Assembly: GCA_002269645.1 (NCBI GenBank)
Contig: NIVC01000126.1
Location: forward strand, 62,001 to 126,000
Direction of reading: 5' to 3'
DNA from: Macrostomum lignano
Taxonomy: Eukaryota
DNA length: 64,000 nt
Shown: piece after piece, positions 39,801 through 52,300 of the stretch
Layout: every line of letters starts with the position of its first letter
How positions within the stretch are numbered: position 1 is the stretch's first letter
Made by a program: the position numbers and the translations under genes
Notes under the pieces: generated by a model
What the model saw: only the letters and a program-made list of their open reading frames with translations
Databases searched by the model: none
Told to the model about the DNA's origin: nothing

Positions 39801-42158
39801 AGTCGGCATCGATTGAGTCGACTGCCAATTTAGTCAATGGGTTTCGTTTCTTCTTTTCACTGGAACCTGTGGTGGGATTAGCAAAAGATCGATTTCGCAT
39901 ATCTGTTTAGTGATTTCAAGGACGACAAAATCATTCTTCTCTGCATGTCAGCTCCAGAAGATGCTAGTTTGCTTGCAGCTTTCTGTAGGAGCATTCTACT
40001 TTAGTAAAGTGTACCCATTCTAAAATAAGCTGTTTTAATATGTCCCAACAAGTCTCTGTGCAGTGTGTCATCCGTTTGCCCATCAATTTGTTCTGGAGCC
40101 CTTTATTAATTGAGTTCTTTAGGTGACTTAACAAATGCGGAAAAAACTAGACACACACACACAGTGGCCCAACACTTCGTGTCCCAATAATTGCTAGGAA
40201 AAATGCACTGCAGTGTTTAAGCATCTCCTCTGAGGGGCCCTTGCATGCATAGCTATAGAATCTGCTAAGACCCGATCTGAGAGTTAAAAGTACAAAAAGT
40301 TATAACGCTTCTAGACACGAAAACGAATGCAGCCACAGCATGAACTAACCTTTTATTGAAGCTTCTGCTTTAAATACTTTGATGCTGTGAAGCATTCTGG
40401 CATCTAGCATTACTCTCGTAGACTATTAGCTGCTCTCCTGAGTTCGAAGCTGACAGGTCCGTTGCAGTCGGCATCGATTGAGTCGACTGCCAATTTAGTC
40501 AATGGGTTTCGTTTCTTCTTTTCACTGGAACCTGTGGTGGGATTAGCAAAAGATCGATTTCGCATATCTGTTTAGTGATTTCAAGGACGACAAAATCATT
40601 CTTCTCTGCATGTCAGCTCCAGAAGATGCTAGTTTGCTTGCAGCTTTCTGTAGGAGCATTCTACTTTAGTAAAGTGTACCCATTCTAAAATAAGCTGTTT
40701 TTAATATGTCCCAACAAGTCTCTGTGCAGTGTGTCATCCGTTTGCCCATCAATTTGTTCTGGAGCCCTTTATTAATTGAGTTCTTTAGGTGACTTAACAA
40801 ATGCGGAAAAAACTAGACACACACACACAGTGGCCCAACACTTCGTGTCCCAATAATTGCTAGGAAAAATGCACTGCAGTGTTTAAGCATCTCCTCTGAG
40901 GGGCCCTTGCATGCATAGCTATAGAATCTGCTAAGACCCGATCTGAGAGTTAAAAGTACAAAACTTATAATTTTTGTGGTTGGACACGTAGGCTATTGAG
41001 TGTCAATGGATTCAGACGAAATGTCAAGTTTTACTCAAAGCTTTTACAGCTTACTGGTTAAAGTCGACGGATCCTTTGGCAATTGCGCCACATGGCAGTT
41101 GATCAAAGGTGATATACCTGAAGTAAAGGTAGGTACTGCTTAGCAGGAGCAGTATTTTTTATAGCATTTAAATATAAATGCTTCTTGTTTCCGACAAAGT
41201 TTTTTAATACCACTTACATGTTTCTCGCTGTGCCATTCCATGCTGTTCTTTCCATACCATGGTGACTCGGGTGCCATGGCAGAGGCAGAGTTGACCATTG
41301 ATTTCAGCATAGCGAGTACATGCCAATTTAGTTTTACCGTACGTTTGCGGGGTGGCGTCAATAATAGACCAAAATAAAAGTACACTTAACTAGCAAGGGG
41401 ACTCTGGTAAATTGGAGCCATGTACACAGGGGGGTAGGGCTTAGTCCTAACATGTACGGGGTAAGTCCTAATATGAGTGGGCTTTTGTAAACGACACTCT
41501 AGCACACAGTCCCAACAATTTATAGAATATCGAATGCGCGCAGCAGTCAATAGCATGAGTCCTAACAAGAGTGGGCTGTTGTATTCAACACTGCAACACT
41601 GTCCTAACAATTTAGTTCGTGTAGAGTACTGATGCCCATCACAGTCAGAAGTACATGTAAGCCCTTGTCATTTCTTTAGGTTTATCTCCATCCAGAACCA
41701 TCCTTTGACAATAAAATACCCTTAAAAGTGTTTTGCTATGCTTTGCTTTGTATGTATTTTAATGTATGCTATGTATTTACGTCTTGTAACAAAGACTGCA
41801 GCAAATGAATGCGCTTGAAATCTACTATTAGTAAAAATATGAGAAAAAACCAATAAAAATATGCGGGAGCAGATTAGCCATTTCAGTGTCCCAATAGTGA
41901 TTTGGTCGAATTTTGTATCATTTTTCCTTATTGGGACGCCAGTTTTTGCTTAATTATGGACTCAGAAAGTAAAATTATTAAAAATGAGTTGCACCATCAA
42001 AAAGAGGCTGTCGAGCTGAATCCATAGAGTATTTTTTTGAGCTGCTATTGTAAGTTTTTTGGAAGTGTTGGACGGACTTGATGGGACAGTCCCAACATTT
42101 TTTTTGGCCCAACAGTGCGGGTCCCGTTGTACGCGTATGGCCCAACAAATGCCCCGTG
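33882..42158. mobile_element. Possible non-autonomous CMC/EnSpm-like element with CAC...GTG termini, inserted in (CA)n
   Basis: Left CACCGGGCACTTGTTGG vs right (reverse complement) CACGGGGCATTTGTTGG, 15/17; CG on both outer sides; (CA)n on both flanks; clustered CC[C/T]AA[C/T]A motifs at 41440-42150. No transposase seen. Confidence 0.4.
34395..40965. repeat. Tandem array of about 10 near-identical 666-bp units
   Basis: Marker TCTCCTGAG at 34441, 35107, 35773, 36439, 37105, 37771, 38437, 39103, 39769, 40434 (last step 665). Confidence 0.98.
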
Positions 42159-42159
42159 C

Positions 42160-42194
<35 letters not shown>

Positions 42195-43397
42195 TTTTTG
42201 ATTTTTATAGGTAGAGATATTCAAACCATATAAATACATTCCTCAAGTGCAATGCAATGAAGTAATGAAGTATATATTCTGAAAAACTATATAATCTATT
42301 AATCTATATATAAGTAATTTTTCAGAATATATTTATCTATCCTAAGAATATGCTATTTAAAAACAATTTGAAAGACAAGATAGTTTTTTCTTATTTAATA
42401 TTAAATACAAGTGGCTCTGAGAAAAAATTAATAATATATTATGCATTAATTGCTTTTGAGGTTGATTTTTTCATTTTATTATATGATAACTTCAACAAAT
42501 TGACTTCATTAGTCCTAGAATAGCTATTCTTACTGTGGATGGAATATAAGTGGTCAGAAATCTTGGCTCCACTCCATCCTACTAACCAAAAGGCAAAAAC
42601 TTGACTTTATTGACTTTCAAGGCTTTAAAGAGAACTCATTTTTGTAAAGAAATTTCAAGTTGAAAGCAAGCGCTAGGTAGGAATTATCTACACTTGCACA
42701 AAAACTCAGATTAGCTTTATAAGCATTTCTGCTTTTTTCTATAAACACTACCATGTTTTCTGACACATCAGTAGCACAAATTCAAAATTAATTAAAATAT
42801 CTAAAAATAGAGATGAAAAATTATTTTCATTGATATGTGAGGTTGTGTAATATTACCCCTGACCTTTGTGCACATTTCTTGCTGCAGCTACTGAATAAAA
42901 AAGATATCAACATGATTTTAAATTTGTTTTCTTTGTGACAAAATTTCCTTTCATTTGACACCATGGCATAAATTTCATGGCTCCATTGAAGAGCTATGTT
43001 AGACATTTCAGGAACTTTTGGGATACCCTTTATACCAAGAAAGCCATAACTTTAAATGTCTAAATAGATAAAATGTCTAAAATGCCTAGATCTATATTGT
43101 TTACTTATTTTCAATTGGTAGTAATTAAGGAAATAGGTGCTATAAAGATGCACTATAATTATTCCCTTTGTCTTTATTAGCTTTAAGCTTAATAAGTTTA
43201 TTAAGTCTTAATCTATAGTTTATTATTATCAGTTTAGTAGGAAACCATTGCTAGTAGTAATGCTATGCAAAAATTGGAATAAATATGCAAAAATGTATTT
43301 TACTTTGTGCTAGGCCACTTGCTTTGTCTATTAGTGGATAAATATCTATATTATAGGTTAGACTATAATAAAAGCTAATAAAGCCAAAGGCCAAAAG

Positions 43398-44284
43398 CAG
43401 TATTGGGCACCATTAATGAAAATCTTAACTTCCGTTAATAGCAAAAGCATTAGCGTTAAAACAAAAAAATCTTTACTTTTTAACTCCTAATTTCCTTAAG
43501 TTAACTGAAAGTTAACTAATAATTGTTAATAAGCATTAATCCATTAAAGCTAACACAGAAAATACGGAAATCTTGCACGTTTTTTCCAAAACAGACTTCG
43601 TATTGCACGTCTTTGCTATTCCATCTTTTTAGCGAAAAACAGAGGTCACCTAAGTGATTTGAAAGCTAAAAAAGTAATAAATAATCATTTTAAAAACTTG
43701 CATATATAATACTACTAAAAGTAAAGCATATGGTAAAAAAGTAACTTATTTTATTTGAAACTTAAAAGCTAATAATGAGAAATTCATAATTAAATACGCA
43801 TAGGAAGGTTGTTTCAGTACCATTAGCAGGCGCAGCAGAAAGTTGCGAAAGATTGGGACAGAAGTGAATCAAAGCGATCAATGCTCACGCGCAAGAAATA
43901 AAGTTTTACACTATTTTAATTCATTTTTTTAAAGTTTATTTGTAAGAAGTTGTTTATTACATGTACGTCTGTATTATCATTGTCATAAATAAAGAGATTA
44001 TATTTAGGCATTTAGGTAAGCTCAAATACATTTGTAATGTTTAATCTTCTTGTAAGACTTCTATTTTTCGTTCCTTTTTTGCGTCTTTGGTCATTGACAT
44101 AGACACTACCATTAATGATGAATTTATCGTTAATTCACAAAATTTTTAATGCAAATTTGTTAATCTGTTAGTTCAAAAAAATCTTAATGACAGTCCGTTA
44201 ACGACAACATTAATGAAAAATCTTAATGCTTATTTACGCTTATTAATGGATTAACACTTATTAACGGACTGGTGCCCAACACTG
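43398..44284. mobile_element. hAT-superfamily MITE, 887 bp
   Basis: TIRs CAGTATTGGGCACCA / TGGTGCCCAACACTG (14/15); perfect 8-bp TSD GCCAAAAG at 43390-43397 and 44285-44292; no ORF. Confidence 0.88.
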
Positions 44285-45419
44285 GCCAAAAGGAATGATT
44301 ACAGGTCTAATATAATATAATTTAATTATACCATATATTTCCCTAATTACAACCAATAGGAAATGAGTGAAATTTATCAGGCTTATTATTATCTAGGCCT
44401 ATTTAGACATAAACTAGGGCCTAGGCTTAATATAATTTTAAACAAAAAACCTAAGCCTAGGACAACTCTAGTCGTCTAAACCCTAGAAATACTGTACAAA
44501 ACTCTAGGCCTAACTTAATTTGTCATGTCACACTTATATGATAATAGGTATTTATTAAATTGAAATTATACCTGCCATAGGCATAGGCATAGATATTATT
44601 GTGTGTTACACTTGACTACACTTATTTATTGATCGCATACACTCAGAACGAGCCCAACATGATGCTGCATTGTCTCTTCAAGTTTTTGTCTTTTTAAATT
44701 TAATGTCCTTATAATTAAAAGCTATTAGCCTACCTAAGCCTAGCCTAGAACTGAACTAGGACTGGTGGTCGTGGGCGATCACATCAGGCATGTTGCAGCA
44801 AGTTAAAAATTTTACCCTATAAAAACAAATACTTAAATTTTTTATTATATTCGCATGATTACCTTATAGAAGGAATGATTTTTGTTGAGTTACCCGAAAA
44901 ATATATCGGTAAGGACAATCAGAACTTTAAAGTGACTCTAAATATGCTTGGTCAGCTGTAATCATGGCGCAGATTTGAACGCTGATTTGTTATCGTGTTT
45001 ATATAAAAACTAACTTTTTTAGCGATTGGCCCAGTGGATAATAATAATCAATCATCAAATACTGAATAATTTATAATCAGTGGAATCTAAGCTATAAAAA
45101 TTTTTCATCTATGTTATGGCATAGGTGTACACCTACCTACACCAAGTGCTCCTAGGGAAATGTTAAGCCTAAATCATAATATAGGCTTAAATATAGACAA
45201 TGCACTTTGAGTTTGTTCTTCCTAAAAATCTTGCCTATATAGCTTTTTTATTAGGTCATGCAATTTAGTTGTTATTTTTTTGCTTATTATTTTTTGTTTT
45301 TTTTTACAGAAAATTCATTTTTAAACTGTTGAAGTTTTACTATAGATTGATTGAAAGTGATTTAATTTAAATCAATAAATTTAAAGCTACAAAGCTATTT
45401 GTAGTGTTACTTTTTATTA

Positions 45420-46100
45420 TATCTCTTATTCTGATGATCCAAATAATATCATTTTGCACAACTTTATAGCAGCAACTCTCTTCTTCATATTAACTTTAAA
45501 ATTATAAACAGACAATGGAAACAAAGTTATAAACAAAAATTTAGCAGGAACTCAAGTTCCATAGACTTATAGCAGCTTTATAGCAGCAACTCAAACCTAG
45601 TCAACAGTCAACAACCTAGTTGCTAGTTGGTTGTTGCTAGTCAACAACCTAGCAAAAAGTAGTGAAAATACTTTTGATTGCATAGGCCCTAAACTTGGCT
45701 TCTTTATTAGGCTACTATGCAAAGAGATATCTATGGGAAAACTTGGAAAGAAATATGTTTTAAAGCAGCAGAATATTTCCCATTGGGCTTCAGCTTCATT
45801 GCTTTTTGTTTCTTTATTTTGCTGCACCAAAAGTCATGGATGTGCATTCAAGTGTTGCTTAGAGAAGTGTGATTTATACCTTTTGGAGGATTTTGCATAA
45901 TGCAGCCAAGATTAATGTGCAATTTTCATGGGTCTATTGTAGTCATTTACCACAATCATTTTATACATTTATTACAGCCAGTTAACCATTTGTTAGCTAC
46001 CACTTTATAATTTTGCTAATTTCGAACTTGTTGAAACTTGAGAGTTGCTGCAATAAATTTGTACAAAATTATATTGTTTGATTCATTCGAATGAGAGATT
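45420..46100. mobile_element. Old foldback/MITE-like element
   Basis: 45445-45480 (AATATCATTTTGCACAACTTTATAGCAGCAACTCTC) is an inverted match to 46040-46075 at about 32/36, with weaker similarity outward; no TSD found. Confidence 0.4.
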
Positions 46101-46350
46101 TTATGAAAATTAACACTACTTTTGGGATAGCCCTTGTATAAAGAACATTCTTATCTATTAGGTGTATTCTTTATTTCTTTAGTTTTTTTATTTTATTCTA
46201 TATCAATCAAAAATGTCCACTTGACCACAAGGCATACTTGAGCAATATAAGCTATAGCTAATAGCTTCTTTTTAGGTTTAATATTTGCCTTAAAACTCAT
46301 GTAAATGATTTTAATTTACTACCTATACTTTTATTTTTTCATTGCTGATA

Positions 46351-48174
46351 ATGACTAGCTTAACAGCTGCTGAACAATCAAATAGTTTCGGCTCAATGCC
46401 TCTAATGTTGCTTAGCAATGTGTTTCATTATCTGGATCAAGCTGATCTAAGCTCCTGCTGCCAGGTGTCACGCTGGTGGAACCAGGTAGCCTCGCGACCC
46501 AGCACTTGGAAATCACTGATATATACAATGGATAATATGTCAGCTGACCGAGTTAAGCGGTTAGGCCGAAAAATCTGCCAATTCATTGTTAGTCTTACTA
46601 TTGATACATCAGTGTCAGCCATGCAATTGAGAATTTTACTGAAGCGAGCTTGCAACTTACAGAGTTTCACGCAAATTGCATGCCGATTTAGCAAGCATTA
46701 CACGACCATGATTAAGGGAGCAACTAATGCTGAAATTTTGGCCGCCTTAGCAACTAACTGTCCTCGGCTACAAGAGCTTGTTCTTGTTGAGTCCTCCAAT
46801 ATCACTGCAAATGGTTTGAGTGCATTTGCAACAAGTTGTCCGCAAATAAAACGTCTTGACGTTGGCAAGTCGTGCCTTAGCCCAGATTGTTGCATTGTAG
46901 CTTCGCAAAAATGGCCCGGGCTGGTCAGTTTTACGGCTTTCAAGCTGAAAATTTCTCGAAATGCTCAACAGTTAAGCGATGCCAGTTTGCAAGCTTTGGC
47001 CTGCTGTCCACTGCGAGAGCTCATGATTGGCGTGAAGCTTGCCAGCATCGGTTCGGTTTCGCAGGCTATTCTCAAGTGTCCATTGCTTGAAAAGTTTGTG
47101 TGCTTCACTTTTGAGAAAACTGGAAGCGCGCAAGATCAGCTGCTCATCTCCTTGGCTACCGCTTGTCGCGGCCTAAAGACAATCTGCTTGCCGGACATCA
47201 AAATACAAACAACAGAAGCTTTGGAATCATTGCTAGTGAACTGCCCTGCAGTGGAGTCCACTACACTTTTCGCGCTGGACCGGGTGCTGCAGCATTCGCC
47301 TGCAACTTATTGGCAGAAACTGGAAGCAGCTTCGCGAGTTGAATCTAACTGTTGAATTTGAAGTCAGTGCCAACAATTACCTGGCAGACTTGGCACCGGC
47401 TGTTGCCAACTAAAACAATTGCATTTGTCTTTTTTGGCTGAATTTTCGGCAACAGATGGCCTCAGCTGTCTGTTAAAATCGTGCAAGAAATTGATCAATC
47501 TAAAGCTGATATGTCCGCTACCTAAGGACTCTTCACCGGTGCTCACTGCCATTATATCGGCCCAGCCAGCTCAGGTCACCAATCTCTACCTGTCTGTGAA
47601 TAGGAGCGGCATTGATGCTTCTTCTCTAGCTGCACTTTTAGCCGACCAGCTGCCACTACTCCGAATCTAGGAGAATTCACTTTGAGTCGAGCAGATCTCA
47701 GTCCTGAGCTGGTTAACAACTTGGTTAATTCAGCTACGGGCGGCTGTCTCAAGTCACTGCAGCTTGCTAATTGTGTCTGTCTGACAGACGATTGTTTGGC
47801 TTCCCTGGGTTGCCTGCCCTGTCTGATAGAGATTCGCCTGTACAAATTGAAACTCATCACTAACTATGGGGTGCTCTGTCTGAGCCAGACCTAATGCCAA
47901 ACGTCAATTGAAAGTACTAACCTTGCACAATGGCTACCTGGATGACAATCTAACAAACGTCGTGTTCGACTATTTGGCCAGTTTTAGCGGATTGAAGACC
48001 TTAGAATTGCGATTCTGGTCCTGCTTGACTGACGCAGGGATTGCCAAGCTGGCTGGCAGCGAGTGCGCGCACAATCTGACCAGCCTGACCGTGGCCGGAT
48101 CAGCTCTTGTCACTGAGGAGGCCGCCGCGCCTCTAAGACAGCACAGGCAGCTCAGCTTTCAGTACAAATTGTAA
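46351..48174 (+). pseudogene. Intronless F-box/leucine-rich-repeat (FBXL-type) gene, ~607 aa if repaired, with four 1-nt frameshifts (pseudogene or assembly error)
   Basis: F-box FGSMPLMLLSNVFHYLDQADLSSCCQVSRWWNQVASRPSTW; LRRs CPRLQELVL, CPQIKRLDV, CRGLKTICL; the repeats continue in shifted frames (WKQLRELNL, CCQLKQLHL, NLGEFTL, CLKSLQLANC, QLKVLTL, GLKTLELRFW). Confidence 0.75.
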
Positions 48175-48297
48175 GCTGCATGACACAATATCCAGTTATG
48201 CGTGATAAGTTGACACTTTCGTCACCTAATCCTAAGTGTGTTAGCACTAATTTTGTTTAACATTTTGTATATCGATTGACTCTACATTGACCCTACG

Positions 48298-48566
48298 GGC
48301 AGATGTGCAACCGACAGCTCAGCCGCAGCTATTGCGCGGCGCATCTGAAGGCTCCGTACGGCTGTTCAGTCCAAGGACTGGTGGGGGGGGGTCGCCACAC
48401 ACACCCTCAATTACCCCAGCTAATGCTGGCACTCACTTTACAATTGGGTGAACTGAAGCAATGCAGAGTGAAGTGTCATGGTCAAGAACACAAATTATTC
48501 CGAGTGGGATCGGGAATCGAACCTTGACCTTGCAGGCTTGAATCCGAAGCTCCACCACAGGCTACA
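48298..48566 (-). mobile_element. tRNA-headed SINE copy
   Basis: Colinear with 59363-59627; reverse-complement B box GGAATCGAACC at ~48513. Confidence 0.88.
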
Positions 48567-49382
48567 TAAAGCCTCTATAAATTTAGGGAAATTCGCCAAG
48601 TAGAAGAATCAAGTTAAATTTAAGTCAGCTTTTTGTACTGAAATGTGTACATATTCCATGTGTAATTTTGCTAGACTCTACTAGCTATACTCGATTTTTT
48701 ACCAAGTAGCTCAATTTGCGATGTTCTTTCGATTTATACTGCTGTTCAAGATCAGACGCTTGTAAAATAGGAATCTGAATTCAAGCGAAACTTTTGCCGT
48801 TTCATGTAATTATTATTGTGATCTGTCATTTAAGTTGGCTTTTTACTTTTTACCCCAAACGCTTTCTGAACTGTCATAAACCTTTAGGCCTTCGATTGAT
48901 ATTATTATATTCCATGCCTTCTACATCAGTATGTTTCAAAGCGTTTGATTTATTATTGGATATATTGTTGTTTCATATCTTTGTAACTATAGAGCTACAC
49001 AGTAATCGATACGATACCACAGAATATACACAAAATGCTAGCTCACTTCCGCCACATTGACTGCTACAAAGGCTCCATAAAATGCTTTAGCTTGTTCATT
49101 AATTGACGAGCCAAGGCTGTCCGATCTTATAATAAAGATAATTAAGTTTTCATAAATTTTAATAAAGTTAATTCTAAGGAAAGTTCAGTAGGCTGTGTGA
49201 ATTTTAATTCTTTTTGTAGCCTTATCGCTTTCGATCTAAAAATTACCTGCCACTATGACATAAGCAAATAACTGAATTTACTCGATTAAATTAAGGTTTA
49301 TTACGTTTACTTACAGAGCTTAGCTGACTGAATTGTTACTGGAGGAGTCAATTAACAAGTCATCAATTAATCCGACCAAATA

Positions 49383-52300
49383 ATGGCTGGCAAGGGACAG
49401 TTGTCACCCAGTGCAATTATGCTGAGCACGCACGCCAACATAGCGCTGTACTCGCTGGCTTTCTGGATCCAACAGGCCGCTGTGCCGTTTCTATTACAAA
49501 AGTGGGAGGCTTCAAATCTGGCATTTGGCTACTTGCAGACGATGTTTGCCGCTGTTCAACTGCTTGGCGGGCCGCTGTTTGGCCGATTTGGCGATTTGTA
49601 TGGCGCCAGATTGGCGCTCTGTCTGGCGTTTGGCGCCTCAGGAATATCGTGCCTGACTGTGGCCCTAACTGACGGCTTGTTTTGGATGTTTTTGTCCCGG
49701 CTGCCGCTAATGTTGGTGCACGCAATGCAGGGTAAAAAATGGGTGTTGTTTAGGTATTAGTGTTAGTAACCAGTTTGTAGCTAATGTATCTGCATGCACT
49801 ATGTCTATCCACGTGGTATCCGTGTAGTTCAATGCCAAATCACTACACAGCTGTTTACCTCCGATTTTGAACAAAATCCCCTTTTTATTCAAACAAGCAA
49901 AACGTCAATTCATAAAACTGATGTAGACGTAATGGTATTCTTCTTAGTTCAGTCAGAGCCTAAGTGTCAATAAACAATGACTGAATGTTCCTAACCGATT
50001 GAACTTGAAAAAAAAACCCCGTGCTAAGAGAACCCTGTGCTAGACCTTCCATACTAGAAGAAAACCAAAATACCGTTAATCTGGGGCGCAATTGAAAAGA
50101 TAGGAGGAAGTTTGTCTTAATTGAGTTTCTACAAGCCTTGTGAATTATAGACATGCACTTATTAGCATAGTCTATGTTACATATAGACCATGATGCAACT
50201 CTCACAGTGCCCGCAATTTCAAACATTAAGTCTAGTTTTCTTGCTCTTTTTGTCTATGTCTCTGAACTAGCCTTAGTGACCTGAAATTCTGAGAGTTGGT
50301 GTTTCATAGTTATAAGTTACAGGTTAATAATGACAAGCGATCATATATACACAAGATGGGCCAATCATTAACCGCTTACGTGACCATAGAAGCTAATGTA
50401 AAAAAATTGCATCTCGCGACAGCGCGAAAATCAACTACTGAACTCAATTTCGTCAGTAGTCTCTGCAGTGAATTCATCATTGTATCACGCTGGCGCGCGT
50501 TAGATGCACGATTTACTGTGCGTCTAATGTAGGTGTCTATGGCAATTTTCTATCTGAGTAAAGGCAACAAGCGTGCGTCTAACGCGTGCGTGTAATGCAC
50601 GGAAAGTGAGTAGCACCTCTGGAGATTTCCGATCGAAGTAGTCAGACAGCCTCTTCAGATCAACAGGCTCGATCGATTGGAAGTGTCGGGCGCGTCCGCC
50701 TCGGGCAATGAAGATTCTGCCCATTGACTTCAGTGTCGTATTGGAAGCATAGAATGCGTCGTCAGTTAGAATATTGATTCGCCTTGTCGACATGAAATGC
50801 CGGTAGAGCGCAGCTCGGATACAAATCAACGTGGCTGGAGCAAAGTATTCGCCATTCCTCTTGCGAAGTGAGCCATATCGCAATAGACTGTCGATCTCGC
50901 GCGGTGTAGAAGTCGCCAAATCACGCTGAACTGACGGATGGTTCTCCATGAAGCTCTGCAACTTACCGACATAATATTCGGTAGCCTTTGTCACACTTTT
51001 ACTAGCAGCGGTGTCCTCGATTTCGGAAACGAGCTGTTCCAATTCAAGTAGTTCAGCTTCTTCGTCAGGTATCTTCTTGAAAAGTGCCTCCAGAAGATCC
51101 TCCTCTTCTCGATCAATTGCCGACTCCGGTAGATTATCAGGCTCGTTCAGAATGTCGTCAATCTCATTGGTGGACAAGCCGGAAATCATTTCGTTTGGAA
51201 ATTTGCTCAGATTCAGAAGTCTGACTTTAGTTGGTGGCTCAGCCATATTCTCTCACAAGTGATTTTAATTTAACAGCTTCTTATTCCCTTCTTCGCAACA
51301 CTCAATCAACTTGCGTGCCTTTCACGCATTTTTGTCTATGGTTAAGACAAATTAACTGAGCGTGCATCTAACGCGCCATCTAAAGTATTAAGCCAACGTA
51401 ATACAATGCAACTCATACATCGATTTTTTGTGCTTAAATGGTCTATGGCACTCGTGCGCTGCGCGCACTCGTGCATAGACCATTTAAGCACGCAAAATCG
51501 ATGTATGAATCCTACATTCTTAGTTCAATTGAGTAGCTGTTTGATTAATTCACGCGAAGTTTTATTCAATTCTCAAAAGTAGCGTCTATGTCCCTTAAGC
51601 TACTGAACTCAAAATTTAAGCAACCCATGTCGGCTTTTTTCGCACAAGTGACGAAAAACAGCGGTTGCACTTTCCCTATTACCGCCATACAAAGTGGTCT
51701 ATCAAGAGAATATAAGATCTATGCAAGCGACAAGTTAGCAAATTTACCAAGTTCTGCGAAGTTTAGTTGCATAAACTGATTTTTAAATCTAATGGCAAGT
51801 TACAAGCTTTAGTAGTGACTTAGAATGTCTATGGCCAAAGCAACGGGTGCCTCGCTGGCGCAGTCACAGTCAACCCCCAGGGAATTGCTGAAAAATTTCT
51901 TGGGCTACTTGTCCTGAATTGTCCTGAAGCTTGTCGAGAATCAAGTGTTTTTCACTTCCAATAAAGTGATGTCTTATGAGACCAACCGCTTTTGAATAAA
52001 CAATTATCAATACTCGGTTGTCACAATTGTAACTGTGACAGGTGCGCTATGAAACATCCACCCAAATAATAGTTGTCAAAGTAATTACTGAATGATATTA
52101 GTCTTTTAATGAAATACCATAAAAACTTTAAGTGTTATTAACTTTGGTAGTTGTCCCATTAAATACTGTACTAGTAACTCTACGAAAACTCTGGTTTAAT
52201 TAGGTACCACAGTACCGGAACGTACTAAAGCTGCATTCTTGTTTTTTGTGTTTCAGGCGGTCAGATGGTGGTGACGGACCTATCGGACCCGTTAAAACGA

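Noticed and set aside
34395-40965. 5S rRNA, SL RNA, snRNA or histone tandem cluster
   Set aside because: No recognisable 5S, U1, U6 or SL sequence and no histone ORF in the 666-bp unit; a covariance-model search is needed to exclude other ncRNAs.
41140-41385. 81-aa ORF as a standalone gene or transposase
   Set aside because: No DDE or other motif; retained only as possible exon material in the 666-bp array finding.
47340-47900. Euplotes-style programmed frameshifting at stop codons
   Set aside because: LRR consensus places the shifts upstream of the stops, directions are mixed (+1, -1, -1, +1) and there is no shared slippery motif.
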